Source: Candidatus Hydrogenedentota bacterium (GTDB lineage Bacteria; Hydrogenedentota; Hydrogenedentia; Hydrogenedentales; SLHB01). From it: a DNA stretch of 64,000 nucleotides. Under the pieces are notes generated by a model that saw only the letters and a program-made list of their open reading frames with translations, made no database searches and had not been told where the DNA came from. The stretch spans positions 512,001 through 576,000 of the forward strand of contig CAXXYE010000009.1 in assembly GCA_963674865.2 (NCBI GenBank), in the 5' to 3' direction. How positions within the stretch are numbered: position 1 is the first letter of the stretch; each line of letters opens with the position of its first letter. The position numbers and the translations under genes were made by a program. Positions 1-8,401 of this stretch are shown here, in pieces.

Positions 1-182
1 TGCCCGCGGGCGCCGCTCAGGAGGTTGCGGACACTTTGTGCGAGGCCGGAGTCATGGGCCTCTTGAACTTCGCGCCCGTCCGGCTTTGGGTGCCCTCGAC
101 GGTTTATGTCGAGGACATCGACGTGACGATGTCGCTCGAGAAGGTTGCGTTTTTCGCCCGGCAAGTGAAGGCCGGTGCGTAG
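1..182 (+). CDS. rex: Redox-sensing transcriptional repressor Rex, C-terminal part (5'-truncated by window)
   Basis: Manual translation from position 3: PAGAAQEVADTLCEAGVMGLLNFAPVRLWVPSTVYVEDIDVTMSLEKVAFFARQVKAGA*, stop TAG 180-182; matches the Rex C-terminal (V)PxxxAQxVAD...GILNFAP pattern; directly upstream of a hydrogenase operon. Confidence 0.85.
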   Translation, partial: PAGAAQEVADTLCEAGVMGLLNFAPVRLWVPSTVYVEDIDVTMSLEKVAFFARQVKAGA

Positions 183-198
183 CAGAAGAGGTGACGAA

Positions 199-702
199 AT
201 GACGACGTGTGTAGACAACGACGCGGCGGAGGGCCTGGAGGCTATTCTGGCTGGGCATCCTGACGCCAAGAGGGACGAACTCATTCCCATCCTGCAGGAG
301 GTGCAGGAAGTCCTAGGCTACCTATCCGGGGAAGCCATCGAGCGCATCGGCGAGCACCTTTCGCTTCCCACGAGCAAGGTGTACGGCGTGGCGACCTTCT
401 ACAACCAGTTTCGATTCCAGCCGCGCGGGCGCTACCACATTCAAGTTTGCCGCGGAACGGCCTGTCACGTGAAGGGGTCCGCCTCTATCCTTGAGGCGTT
501 GAAGCAAGAACTCGGCATCGAGCCGGGGCAGACCTCGAGGGATGGGGCATTCAGTCTTGAGGTGGTGGCCTGTATCGGGGCGTGCGGGTTGGCGCCGGTG
601 ATCACGATCAATGGCGAGTTCTTCGCCAAACTGACGCCGAAGAAGACGCGCAGCTTGATAGCGGAGCATCGTGAAAGGGGCGACAACGATGAGCGCGACT
701 GA
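199..702 (+). CDS. hydC: [FeFe]-hydrogenase gamma subunit, NuoE-like [2Fe-2S] protein (HydC/HndA)
   Basis: LIPILQEVQ, VYGVATFY, CRGTACHVKG and VACIGACGLAP motifs; ATG at 199 after GAGG. Confidence 0.92.
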   Translation: MTTCVDNDAAEGLEAILAGHPDAKRDELIPILQEVQEVLGYLSGEAIERIGEHLSLPTSKVYGVATFYNQFRFQPRGRYHIQVCRGTACHVKGSASILEALKQELGIEPGQTSRDGAFSLEVVACIGACGLAPVITINGEFFAKLTPKKTRSLIAEHRERGDNDERD

Positions 703-2764
703 CTACAAATGCTGCACGTCCTGCTGGCACAGTGCGGATAGGCCCTGTCCCGACCTTGTCGCGTGTCTCATCGAAGGGCCTCTCTGTCACGAGGATGAGG
801 CATGCCGGCGTCAGCGCGTTGAGGCAATGGCGCAGTGCCGGCGCGAGGACGTGGTACGGCCGACCATCTTCATCGGTACGGGAACCTGCGGCCTTGGCGC
901 GGGAGCGGGCAAGACTATGGCGGCTGTTCGGAAGTACCTGTCCGAGCATAATGTGAGCGCCGATATCGTCGAAGTCGGCTGTATCGGGCTATGTGCGGTC
1001 GAGCCCATCGTTGACATACAGCTTCCCGGACGTTGTCGCCTTGCTTTTCAGCAGATCACCGCGGACAAGGTCGACGAGCTTATGTCAGCGATGCTCAACG
1101 AGGAGGTCCCGGAAGGACTTGCCCTTGTCCAGCATCCCGGTGATGGCCTTGCGGCTTGGCCGAAGGTGCCCACTTTCTCCGAGCATCCTTTCTTTGCCCC
1201 GCAGATGCGGTGGGTTTTGGCGAACTGCGGAATTATCGATCCGGGTCGCATTGAGGAGTATGTCGCCCGTGGCGGATATGCGGCATTGGCCGCTGCTATT
1301 GGCGGAAAGACCCGGGAAGACGTTTGCAGCGAGGTGGAGGCAAGCGGATTGCGCGGCCGCGGCGGCGGCGGCTTCCCCACGGGGAGGAAATGGAAATTCG
1401 CCCTCAACGCCACCGGCGACACGAAGTACCTTATCTGCAATGCCGATGAGGGCGATCCCGGGGCGTTCATGGACAGGGCCGTCATCGAAGGCGATCCTCA
1501 CCGGCTTATCGAAGGTATGGGCATCGCCGCTTATGCCATCGGCGCCGAGAAGGCCTATGTCTACATTCGCGCTGAGTATCCTCTTGCCATTCGCAGACTG
1601 AGGGAGGCAATCGCTCAGGCCAAGGCATATGGATTCCTGGGGCGCAATGTCCTGGATAGCGGCTTTTGCCTAGACATCGTCATCAAGGAGGGCGCCGGCG
1701 CTTTCGTGTGCGGCGAGGAAACCGCCCTAATCAACAGCGTCGAGGGTAGGCGCGGCATGCCGCGGCCAAGGCCGCCGTTCCCGGCTGTTGCCGGCTTGTT
1801 CGGTAAGCCCACGATCATCAATAACGTCGAGACGCTGTCCAACCTACCCGGGATCATCGCCAACGGCGCCGCATGGTTTTCCGCCGTCGGTACCGAAACC
1901 AGCAAGGGCTCCAAGGTTTTTGCCCTCTCGGGCAAGGTCGCCCGCACCGGCCTCGTAGAGGTCGCCATGGGCACCAGCGTTCGCGAGATTGTTTTCGACA
2001 TCGGCGGCGGCATCCCCGACGGCAAAGCGTTCAAAGCCGTTCAGATCGGCGGCCCGTCCGGCGGCTGCATACCCGATCAGCACGTTGACGTCGCGATTGA
2101 CTATGAGTCTCTAAAGACCGTCGGCGCCATGATGGGATCGGGTGGCCTCGTTGTGATGGACGAGGAAACCTGTATGGTCGATGTGGCCAAGTTCTTCATG
2201 GACTTCATCCAGCGGGAGAGCTGCGGCAAGTGCATTCCCTGCCGGGAGGGCACGCTGCGCATGCTCGAGATCCTGCAGAGCATCACCCGTGGGCGTCGCC
2301 ATGAAACCGGCTCCCAAGCCCTCGAGCGCTTCATGGGCGTCATGTATCTCACCCGGCTCGCCAAGGTTATCAAGGACACGAGCCTTTGCGGACTTGGCCA
2401 GACGGCGCCCAATCCCGTACTTAGCACCCTCCGCTGGTTCCGCGATGAATACGAGGCGCATATCTACGAGCGCCGGTGCCCGGCGGGCGTCTGCCCTGAG
2501 TTGAGAAGCTTTGTGATTGATGTCGATGCGTGCATCGGCTGCACGCTTTGCGCTCAGAAGTGCCCGGCGGGCGCCATCGTCGGCGAGCGCAAGAAGGCGC
2601 ACTATGTCTTCACCGACAAGTGCATCGGCTGCGGCGCCTGCGCGGATGTGTGTCCGAAGGCGGCGGTCAAACTTGCTCCGCCCCCCGAACCCGTCACGCG
2701 CATAGCGGCTCCGATGTCCAAAGCTCAGACGGTGTCCGTACAGACGGCCGCCGGCGAGGAGTAA
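689..2764 (+). CDS. hydB: [FeFe]-hydrogenase beta subunit, NuoF-like FMN/NAD(H)-binding diaphorase (HydB) with N-terminal thioredoxin-like Fe-S domain and C-terminal 2x[4Fe-4S]
   Basis: GLRGRGGGGFPTG, NADEGDPGAFMDR, GAFVCGEETAL, GGPSGG, ESCGKCIPCREG and two CxxCxxCxxxCP motifs. Confidence 0.93.
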   Translation: MSATDYKCCTSCWHSADRPCPDLVACLIEGPLCHEDEACRRQRVEAMAQCRREDVVRPTIFIGTGTCGLGAGAGKTMAAVRKYLSEHNVSADIVEVGCIGLCAVEPIVDIQLPGRCRLAFQQITADKVDELMSAMLNEEVPEGLALVQHPGDGLAAWPKVPTFSEHPFFAPQMRWVLANCGIIDPGRIEEYVARGGYAALAAAIGGKTREDVCSEVEASGLRGRGGGGFPTGRKWKFALNATGDTKYLICNADEGDPGAFMDRAVIEGDPHRLIEGMGIAAYAIGAEKAYVYIRAEYPLAIRRLREAIAQAKAYGFLGRNVLDSGFCLDIVIKEGAGAFVCGEETALINSVEGRRGMPRPRPPFPAVAGLFGKPTIINNVETLSNLPGIIANGAAWFSAVGTETSKGSKVFALSGKVARTGLVEVAMGTSVREIVFDIGGGIPDGKAFKAVQIGGPSGGCIPDQHVDVAIDYESLKTVGAMMGSGGLVVMDEETCMVDVAKFFMDFIQRESCGKCIPCREGTLRMLEILQSITRGRRHETGSQALERFMGVMYLTRLAKVIKDTSLCGLGQTAPNPVLSTLRWFRDEYEAHIYERRCPAGVCPELRSFVIDVDACIGCTLCAQKCPAGAIVGERKKAHYVFTDKCIGCGACADVCPKAAVKLAPPPEPVTRIAAPMSKAQTVSVQTAAGEE

Positions 2765-2772
2765 CCGCGACC

Positions 2773-4494
2773 ATGATCACCATTGAGGCAAACGGAAGAC
2801 AGATTGAGGCTAAGCGCGGCGAGATGCTGCTGTCGGCCCTTCGCCGGGCGGGCATCAAGGTGCCTACCCTCTGTCACATCGACGGCCTGCCGCCCACCGG
2901 GGCCTGCCGAATGTGCGTCGTCGAGATCGAAGGACAGGCGAACCTGGTTCCCAGTTGCGCCTATCCGGTGCAAGAAGGCATGAAGATCCAGACGCATTCG
3001 CCCAGAGCGCTTCGTGCACGCAAGACCGTCGTCGAACTCCTCCTGGCCAACCATCCCGACGACTGCCTCTACTGCGTGCGCAGCGGCAATTGCGAACTCC
3101 AGCGGCTTGCCGAGGAACTCGGCGTGCGCCAGCGCCGGTACGTCGGCATCAAGAATGACTACAAAGAGGATACGTCGAGCCCGTCCATCATCCGCGATCC
3201 GGCCAAGTGCATTCTTTGCGGCAAGTGCGTTCGCGTATGCGAAGAGATCCAGAACGTCTCGGCCATTGACTTCGTCGGGCGGGGCAGCAAGAGCTGCGTG
3301 GGTACGGCATTCAATCAGGGGTTGAACGTATCGAGCTGCATCAATTGCGGCCAGTGCGTCATGGTTTGCCCGACGGGGGCACTCCGTGAGCAGAGCAATA
3401 TCAAGGAAGTCTTGAACGCCATTCGCGATCCCGAGATGTACGTTGTTGCGCAGCACGCCCCAAGCGTCTCGGTCACTCTCGGCGAGGAATTCGGCGTCAA
3501 AGCCGGCACGGATGTGGTGGGCAAACTCACGGCCGCTCTCAGGCAGCTGGGATTCGACCGCGTCTTCGATACGGCCTTTGCCGCCGACCTCACCATCATG
3601 GAGGAGGCATCGGAACTCGTCGAGCGCGTTAAGCAGAACGGGCCTCTGCCCATGATGACAAGTTGTTCGCCGGGCTGGATCAAGTACGTTGAGGAGTTCC
3701 ATCCCGACTTCATTGATCATCTCTCCACCTGCAAGAGCCCGCAGCAGATGCTCGGCGCGGTGATCAAGAGCTACTTCGCCCAACGGGAAGGTATTGACCC
3801 GAAGAAGATTTTCAGCGTCTCCATCATGCCCTGCACGGCGAAAAAGTTCGAAGCGGGCCGGGCCGAGATGATCGAGAACGGCATCGCGGACGTGGACGCC
3901 GTGATCACCACACGTGAACTCGCCCGGATCCTTCACACGCACGGCATCGACCTTCAGGCCCTTCCTGCGGAAGACGCCGACACGCCGTTCGGTGAGCGAA
4001 GCACCGCCGGCAAGCTCTTCGGCGCAACCGGAGGCGTCATGGAAGCGGCTATCCGTACCGCCCACTACCTCCTCACGGGAGAAGAGCTTGCTGAACTCAA
4101 GGTGAAGGCCGTTCGCGGACTCGACGGCATCAAGGAGGCCCGCGTACGTATCGGCGACCTGAAGCTCGGTGTCGCGGTGGCCAGTGGCTTGGCTAACGCC
4201 GCCCGCCTTCTCGAGGACGTGCGCGCCGGGAAGCGGGATCTGCACTTCATCGAGGTAATGACCTGTCCCGGCGGCTGCATAGCCGGTGGCGGGCAGCCTT
4301 ACTACACGGACCTCGACGCCGTTCGCGCGCGGATGCAGGCCCTGTATAAGATCGACAGGAAGGAGCGCGTACGCGTCTCGCATAGCAACACCGCCGTGCA
4401 GAGGCTCTACGATGAGTACCTCGGCGAACCTCTGAGCGAGCGCAGCCATCACTTGCTGCACACCCACTACGCCAAGCGGGAAGTCATGGTGTAA
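2773..4494 (+). CDS. hydA: [FeFe]-hydrogenase catalytic alpha subunit, group A multimeric type (HydA)
   Basis: N-terminal 2Fe-2S, His-ligated and 2x4Fe-4S motifs; H-cluster motifs TSCSPGW, MPCTAKKFE, EVMTCPGGCIAGGGQP; C-terminal HHLLHTHY; start placed at ATG 2773. Confidence 0.95.
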   Translation: MITIEANGRQIEAKRGEMLLSALRRAGIKVPTLCHIDGLPPTGACRMCVVEIEGQANLVPSCAYPVQEGMKIQTHSPRALRARKTVVELLLANHPDDCLYCVRSGNCELQRLAEELGVRQRRYVGIKNDYKEDTSSPSIIRDPAKCILCGKCVRVCEEIQNVSAIDFVGRGSKSCVGTAFNQGLNVSSCINCGQCVMVCPTGALREQSNIKEVLNAIRDPEMYVVAQHAPSVSVTLGEEFGVKAGTDVVGKLTAALRQLGFDRVFDTAFAADLTIMEEASELVERVKQNGPLPMMTSCSPGWIKYVEEFHPDFIDHLSTCKSPQQMLGAVIKSYFAQREGIDPKKIFSVSIMPCTAKKFEAGRAEMIENGIADVDAVITTRELARILHTHGIDLQALPAEDADTPFGERSTAGKLFGATGGVMEAAIRTAHYLLTGEELAELKVKAVRGLDGIKEARVRIGDLKLGVAVASGLANAARLLEDVRAGKRDLHFIEVMTCPGGCIAGGGQPYYTDLDAVRARMQALYKIDRKERVRVSHSNTAVQRLYDEYLGEPLSERSHHLLHTHYAKREVMV

Positions 4495-4504
4495 AGGAGG
4501 CCAC

Positions 4505-6535
4505 GTGAAGCGCGCGGATGAGAGACCTCTTGTCAGCACCATTAAGGAGCGGTGTCGCTGCTGCTACACCTGTGTCCGTGAGTGCCCGGCCAAGGCCATC
4601 CGCGTTACCGAGGGGCAAGCGGAGGTCCTGCCGGAACGCTGTATCGGCTGCGGGAACTGCGTCCGAGTATGCAGCCAGCATGCCAAGGAGGTGCTGAGTT
4701 CGACGGATGATGTATCGCGTCTCCTTGCCGGTGAGAGCCGGGTCGCGGCCTGTATTGCGCCGAGCTTCCCGACGGAATTCTACGACTACGACTACAAAGA
4801 ACTTGTGGGGATGATTCGCTCCCTGGGTTTCGACTACGTCAACGAAGTGGGATTCGGCGCGGACTTAGTGGCCGATAGGTACCGGAAGTTGATCGCAGAC
4901 GATGCTGACGGGCGGTATATTGCCACCACTTGTCCGGCCGTTGTGAGTTTCGTCGAGCGATACCACCCTAATCTCGTCCAGTCCCTCGCGCCCATTGTAT
5001 CACCTATGGTGGCCATTGCCAGAGCCCTGCGTAGACTTCACGGAGATGACCTCAAGATCGTGTTCATCGGGCCGTGCATTGCCAAGAAGGGCGAAGCGCT
5101 TACAACACAGGTCGAAGATGAGGTAGACGCCGCCCTCACCTTCATCGAGCTGCGCGAAGTATTCCAGCGGGCGGCGGCTTCTCCCGAACGCGTCGAGCCG
5201 AGCGAGTTCGATCCGCCCTTTTCGGCCTACGGTACCTTGTTCCCCATCAGCCGAGGCCTGCTCCAGGCCGCCGAGATCAGAGAGGACCTCCTTGCCGGCG
5301 ACGTGGTTGTCGCGGACGGACGCGAGGACTTCGTGGACGCGCTCAAGGAATTCGCGTCAGGTGGTTTGGATGCGCGCCTTCTTGAGGTCCTTGCTTGTAA
5401 CGGCTGTATCATGGGGCCGGGCGTATCGAACAACGATCCGCTCTTCTGCCGCCGCAGCCGTGTCACCCAGCACGTTCGCGACCGCCTTGCCGAGATCGAC
5501 ATGAAGCAGTGGCGCGAGGACATGGCTCGGATGGCCGACCTGGATCTCAGCCGTGTCTTCGCGGCGGATGATCACCGTATCCCCCTGCCGTCCCATGAGG
5601 ACCTCGCCCGGATCATGACGGCCATGGGGAAGTTCAAGCTCGAGGACGAACTCAACTGCGGGGCCTGCGGCTACGATACCTGCCGGGAGCACGCGGTGGC
5701 CATCTTCAAGGGCCTTGCCGAAAGTGAAATGTGCCTGCCGTATGCCATCGAGCAGCTACGCACTACGGTTCAAGACTTGGCCGTGTCAAACGATGAACTC
5801 GCGCGTACGCAGGAGGCGTTAATGCAATCGGAGAAACTGGCCAGCATGGGCCAGTTGGCGGCCGGGATCGCCCATGAACTCAACAATCCTTTGGGCGTTG
5901 TCCTGATGTATGCCCATCTGCTCCGGGATGAGAAGGGCCAAGAGGAAGAGCTTCGCGACGACCTCAACCTGATCACGGAGCAGGCCGACCGCTGCAAGAA
6001 GATCGTTTCCGGCTTGCTGCACTTCGCCCGGCAGAATAAGGTCACGCTTGAAGTGACTGACGTGCGTACGCTCGTCGAGCAAAGCCTCCGGACTTTGTCT
6101 ATACCGGACAGCGTCCGTGTCGATGTGCGCCATGACGTGGACGATCCGATTATCTCCCTGGATCACGATCAGATCATGCAGGTGCTGACGAACCTCATGA
6201 CAAATGCGCTTGGCGCCATGCCGGAGGGAGGTGTCCTCACGGTGAGGTCCGAGTCCGATGGGGAGCGCGTTCGGTTGAGCGTGGGTGATACGGGCACTGG
6301 GATTCCCAAGGGAAACCTGAGCAAGGTGTTTGAGCCCTTCTTCACCACCAAAGAGATTGGCAAAGGAACCGGATTAGGATTGGCGGTGGCCTACGGTATT
6401 GTGAAGATGCACAGCGGGGACATACGGGTTGAGTCCAACGCGGATCCCAACGCCGGCCCCACGGGCACGACGTTTACCGTGACGCTCCCGAGAAGAATGG
6501 AGAAGACAGCCGGCAACGGCGGGAAAAAGCCATGA
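4505..6535 (+). CDS. Sensory (group C-like) [FeFe]-hydrogenase fused to histidine kinase
   Basis: 2x[4Fe-4S]; divergent H-cluster motifs TTCPAVV, GPCIAKKGE, EVLACNGCIMGPG; NCGACGYDTC Fe-S motif; HisKA AHELNNPL; HATPase N, DTGTGI, F and GTGLGL boxes; RBS AAGGAGG before GTG. Confidence 0.88.
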   Translation: MKRADERPLVSTIKERCRCCYTCVRECPAKAIRVTEGQAEVLPERCIGCGNCVRVCSQHAKEVLSSTDDVSRLLAGESRVAACIAPSFPTEFYDYDYKELVGMIRSLGFDYVNEVGFGADLVADRYRKLIADDADGRYIATTCPAVVSFVERYHPNLVQSLAPIVSPMVAIARALRRLHGDDLKIVFIGPCIAKKGEALTTQVEDEVDAALTFIELREVFQRAAASPERVEPSEFDPPFSAYGTLFPISRGLLQAAEIREDLLAGDVVVADGREDFVDALKEFASGGLDARLLEVLACNGCIMGPGVSNNDPLFCRRSRVTQHVRDRLAEIDMKQWREDMARMADLDLSRVFAADDHRIPLPSHEDLARIMTAMGKFKLEDELNCGACGYDTCREHAVAIFKGLAESEMCLPYAIEQLRTTVQDLAVSNDELARTQEALMQSEKLASMGQLAAGIAHELNNPLGVVLMYAHLLRDEKGQEEELRDDLNLITEQADRCKKIVSGLLHFARQNKVTLEVTDVRTLVEQSLRTLSIPDSVRVDVRHDVDDPIISLDHDQIMQVLTNLMTNALGAMPEGGVLTVRSESDGERVRLSVGDTGTGIPKGNLSKVFEPFFTTKEIGKGTGLGLAVAYGIVKMHSGDIRVESNADPNAGPTGTTFTVTLPRRMEKTAGNGGKKP

Positions 6536-6927
6536 GCACAAAGGGAACGACGATACTTCTGGTAGACGATGACGAGGATTTCATCTTCCAGCAAAAGGTG
6601 CAACTCGAGGCGGCCGGTTTCGGCGTTGTAACGGCACCGGGCCGGAAGGAGGCGCTTGAATTGCTCACGTCGACGCGTCCGGACTTGGCGGTCTTGGATC
6701 TTATGATGGAAGACGTGGACGCGGGCTTCACGCTCTGCTACGAACTCAAGAAGATGTATCCCGATCTGCCCGTCATCCTGGTGACGGGCGTCACCAGCGA
6801 AACGGGACTCGAGTTTGACGCCGCCACCGACGAGGAACGCTCGTGGGTGAAGGCGGATGTCCTGCTGGACAAGCCTATCCGGTTTGAACAACTGGCACGT
6901 GAGATCAACCGGCTGCTAGGGAGCTGA
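6532..6927 (+). CDS. Single-domain response regulator (receiver)
   Basis: LLVDDD, DLAVLDLMM, LVTG and DKP receiver motifs; overlaps the kinase stop (ATGA). Confidence 0.9.
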   Translation: MSTKGTTILLVDDDEDFIFQQKVQLEAAGFGVVTAPGRKEALELLTSTRPDLAVLDLMMEDVDAGFTLCYELKKMYPDLPVILVTGVTSETGLEFDAATDEERSWVKADVLLDKPIRFEQLAREINRLLGS

Positions 6928-6932
6928 GTACA

Positions 6933-8111
6933 GTGGATTCGCTCCGAGTACTTCTCGTCGATGATGAACAGGGAATGCGCATGGGTATGCTCCGGGCGCT
7001 GCGCGGTTTCACCGTGCACGTGCCCAGCGTGGATGCCGATGTTGATTTCATCGTCGACGAAGCCGACACGGGAGAGGCCGCCCTTGAGAAGATCCAGGAG
7101 GCCGCTCCGGATATCCTCTTGCTTGATCTGAAGCTGCCGGGCATGAGCGGCATCGAGGTGCTCGAACAGATTGCCGCAGAGCATGTAGATACGCTTACCA
7201 TCATGATCACGGCGTATGCGACGATTGAGATTGCGGTTCGCGCAACGAAGAGCGGCGCCTACGACTTCCTTGCCAAGCCGTTCACGCCCACCGAGTTGCG
7301 CAGCGTTATTAGGAAGGCGGCCGAGCATCGGGCCGTGACATACCAGGCGCGCAGGCTCGCCGAGGAAAAGCGCCAGGTCCGGTTTCAGTTCATATCCGTC
7401 TTGGGACATGAGTTGAAAGCGCCCCTCAACGCCGTCGAAGGCTATCTGAACGTGCTTCAGGACGGCGTGGCGCCCGACACACCGGCGATGCAGGGCGAGA
7501 TCCTCGACCGCTGTAGGGCGCGCATCGAGTTCATGCGGAAGATGATCGCCGACCTTCTCGATATGACACGGATTGAGTCCGGCCAGAAGAAGCGAGAACT
7601 CGCGCAGGTCGATCTTGCCGCCGTGGCCAAGCAGACGATCGAAACCGCCGCACCTGCCGCCGCCGAACGCACCATTACCGTACGACTCCATTGTGATACG
7701 CCGGTGCAGATGGTTGCGGACCGCGGGGAAATCGAGATCGTTTTGAATAACTTGGTTTCCAATGCCGTCAAGTATAACCGTGACGCGGGCACGGTTGATA
7801 TTTCGCTGAAGAAGCAGGGCGACGAAGTCATCATTGTTGTCGCCGATACGGGCATAGGGCTGAGCAAAGAGGAGGCCGCGAAACTCTTCTCTGATTTTGT
7901 TCGGATCAAGAATGAGAAGACGCGTGGCATCTTCGGGAGCGGCCTTGGGTTGTCCATCGTCAAGAAGATTGCTGAACTGTACGACGGCGCGGCCACCGTG
8001 GACAGCACGCCTGACGAAGGCAGTACCTTCACCGTCGTTCTCCACGAGTCCGAGCTCGATGAAGAGCCCAAATCAAGCTCTTCACCAGCCTCCCCAGCTG
8101 GTTCCTCATAG
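6933..8111 (+). CDS. Hybrid receiver-histidine kinase (REC-HisKA-HATPase)
   Basis: LLVDDE, LLDLKLP, ITAY, AKPF; HELKAPL; NLVSNAVKYN, DTGIG, GSGLGL. Confidence 0.9.
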   Translation: MDSLRVLLVDDEQGMRMGMLRALRGFTVHVPSVDADVDFIVDEADTGEAALEKIQEAAPDILLLDLKLPGMSGIEVLEQIAAEHVDTLTIMITAYATIEIAVRATKSGAYDFLAKPFTPTELRSVIRKAAEHRAVTYQARRLAEEKRQVRFQFISVLGHELKAPLNAVEGYLNVLQDGVAPDTPAMQGEILDRCRARIEFMRKMIADLLDMTRIESGQKKRELAQVDLAAVAKQTIETAAPAAAERTITVRLHCDTPVQMVADRGEIEIVLNNLVSNAVKYNRDAGTVDISLKKQGDEVIIVVADTGIGLSKEEAAKLFSDFVRIKNEKTRGIFGSGLGLSIVKKIAELYDGAATVDSTPDEGSTFTVVLHESELDEEPKSSSSPASPAGSS

Positions 8112-8154
8112 CGATGCTGCGCCGGCCCCTCCCCCGGGGCCGGCGCGGCGTCGC
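8111..8154 (+). terminator. Long GC-rich hairpin at the end of the hydrogenase operon (possible terminator or mRNA stabiliser)
   Basis: GCGATGCTGCGCCGGCCCC...GGGGCCGGCGCGGCGTCGC forms a 19 bp stem including G-U pairs; no clear U-tract. Confidence 0.5.
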
Positions 8155-8270
8155 GCCCCAAATCCCTTGGGAACGGGCCTTTTCTCTGTCGTCGTCCGCC
8201 GCGATGGACACGGCCACGACGGAAGGAGGTCCTTGTGCCGCTGTTGTTCACCTGCCATGAGAGGTCAGGC

Positions 8271-8314
8271 TGTCAAGAGCGCCCTTGACACAGAATAACC
8301 GGATGCCTTCTAAT
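8271..8314 (+). promoter_or_regulatory. Putative carB promoter whose -35 is one arm of a palindrome
   Basis: TGTCAAG-N6-CTTGACA at 8271-8290; TTGACA followed 18 nt later by TCTAAT. Confidence 0.4.
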
Positions 8315-8401
8315 CCATCATGGGAATGCGCTGAGGGAGGGCTGTCTGGGGTGTCGCTGAATCTTGGCGAAGGCCCCTTCGACTAATGGAGAGGATGATC
8401 C

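Noticed and set aside
199..2764. nuoE/nuoF of respiratory complex I
   Set aside because: Followed by an H-cluster-containing HydA, with no other nuo genes
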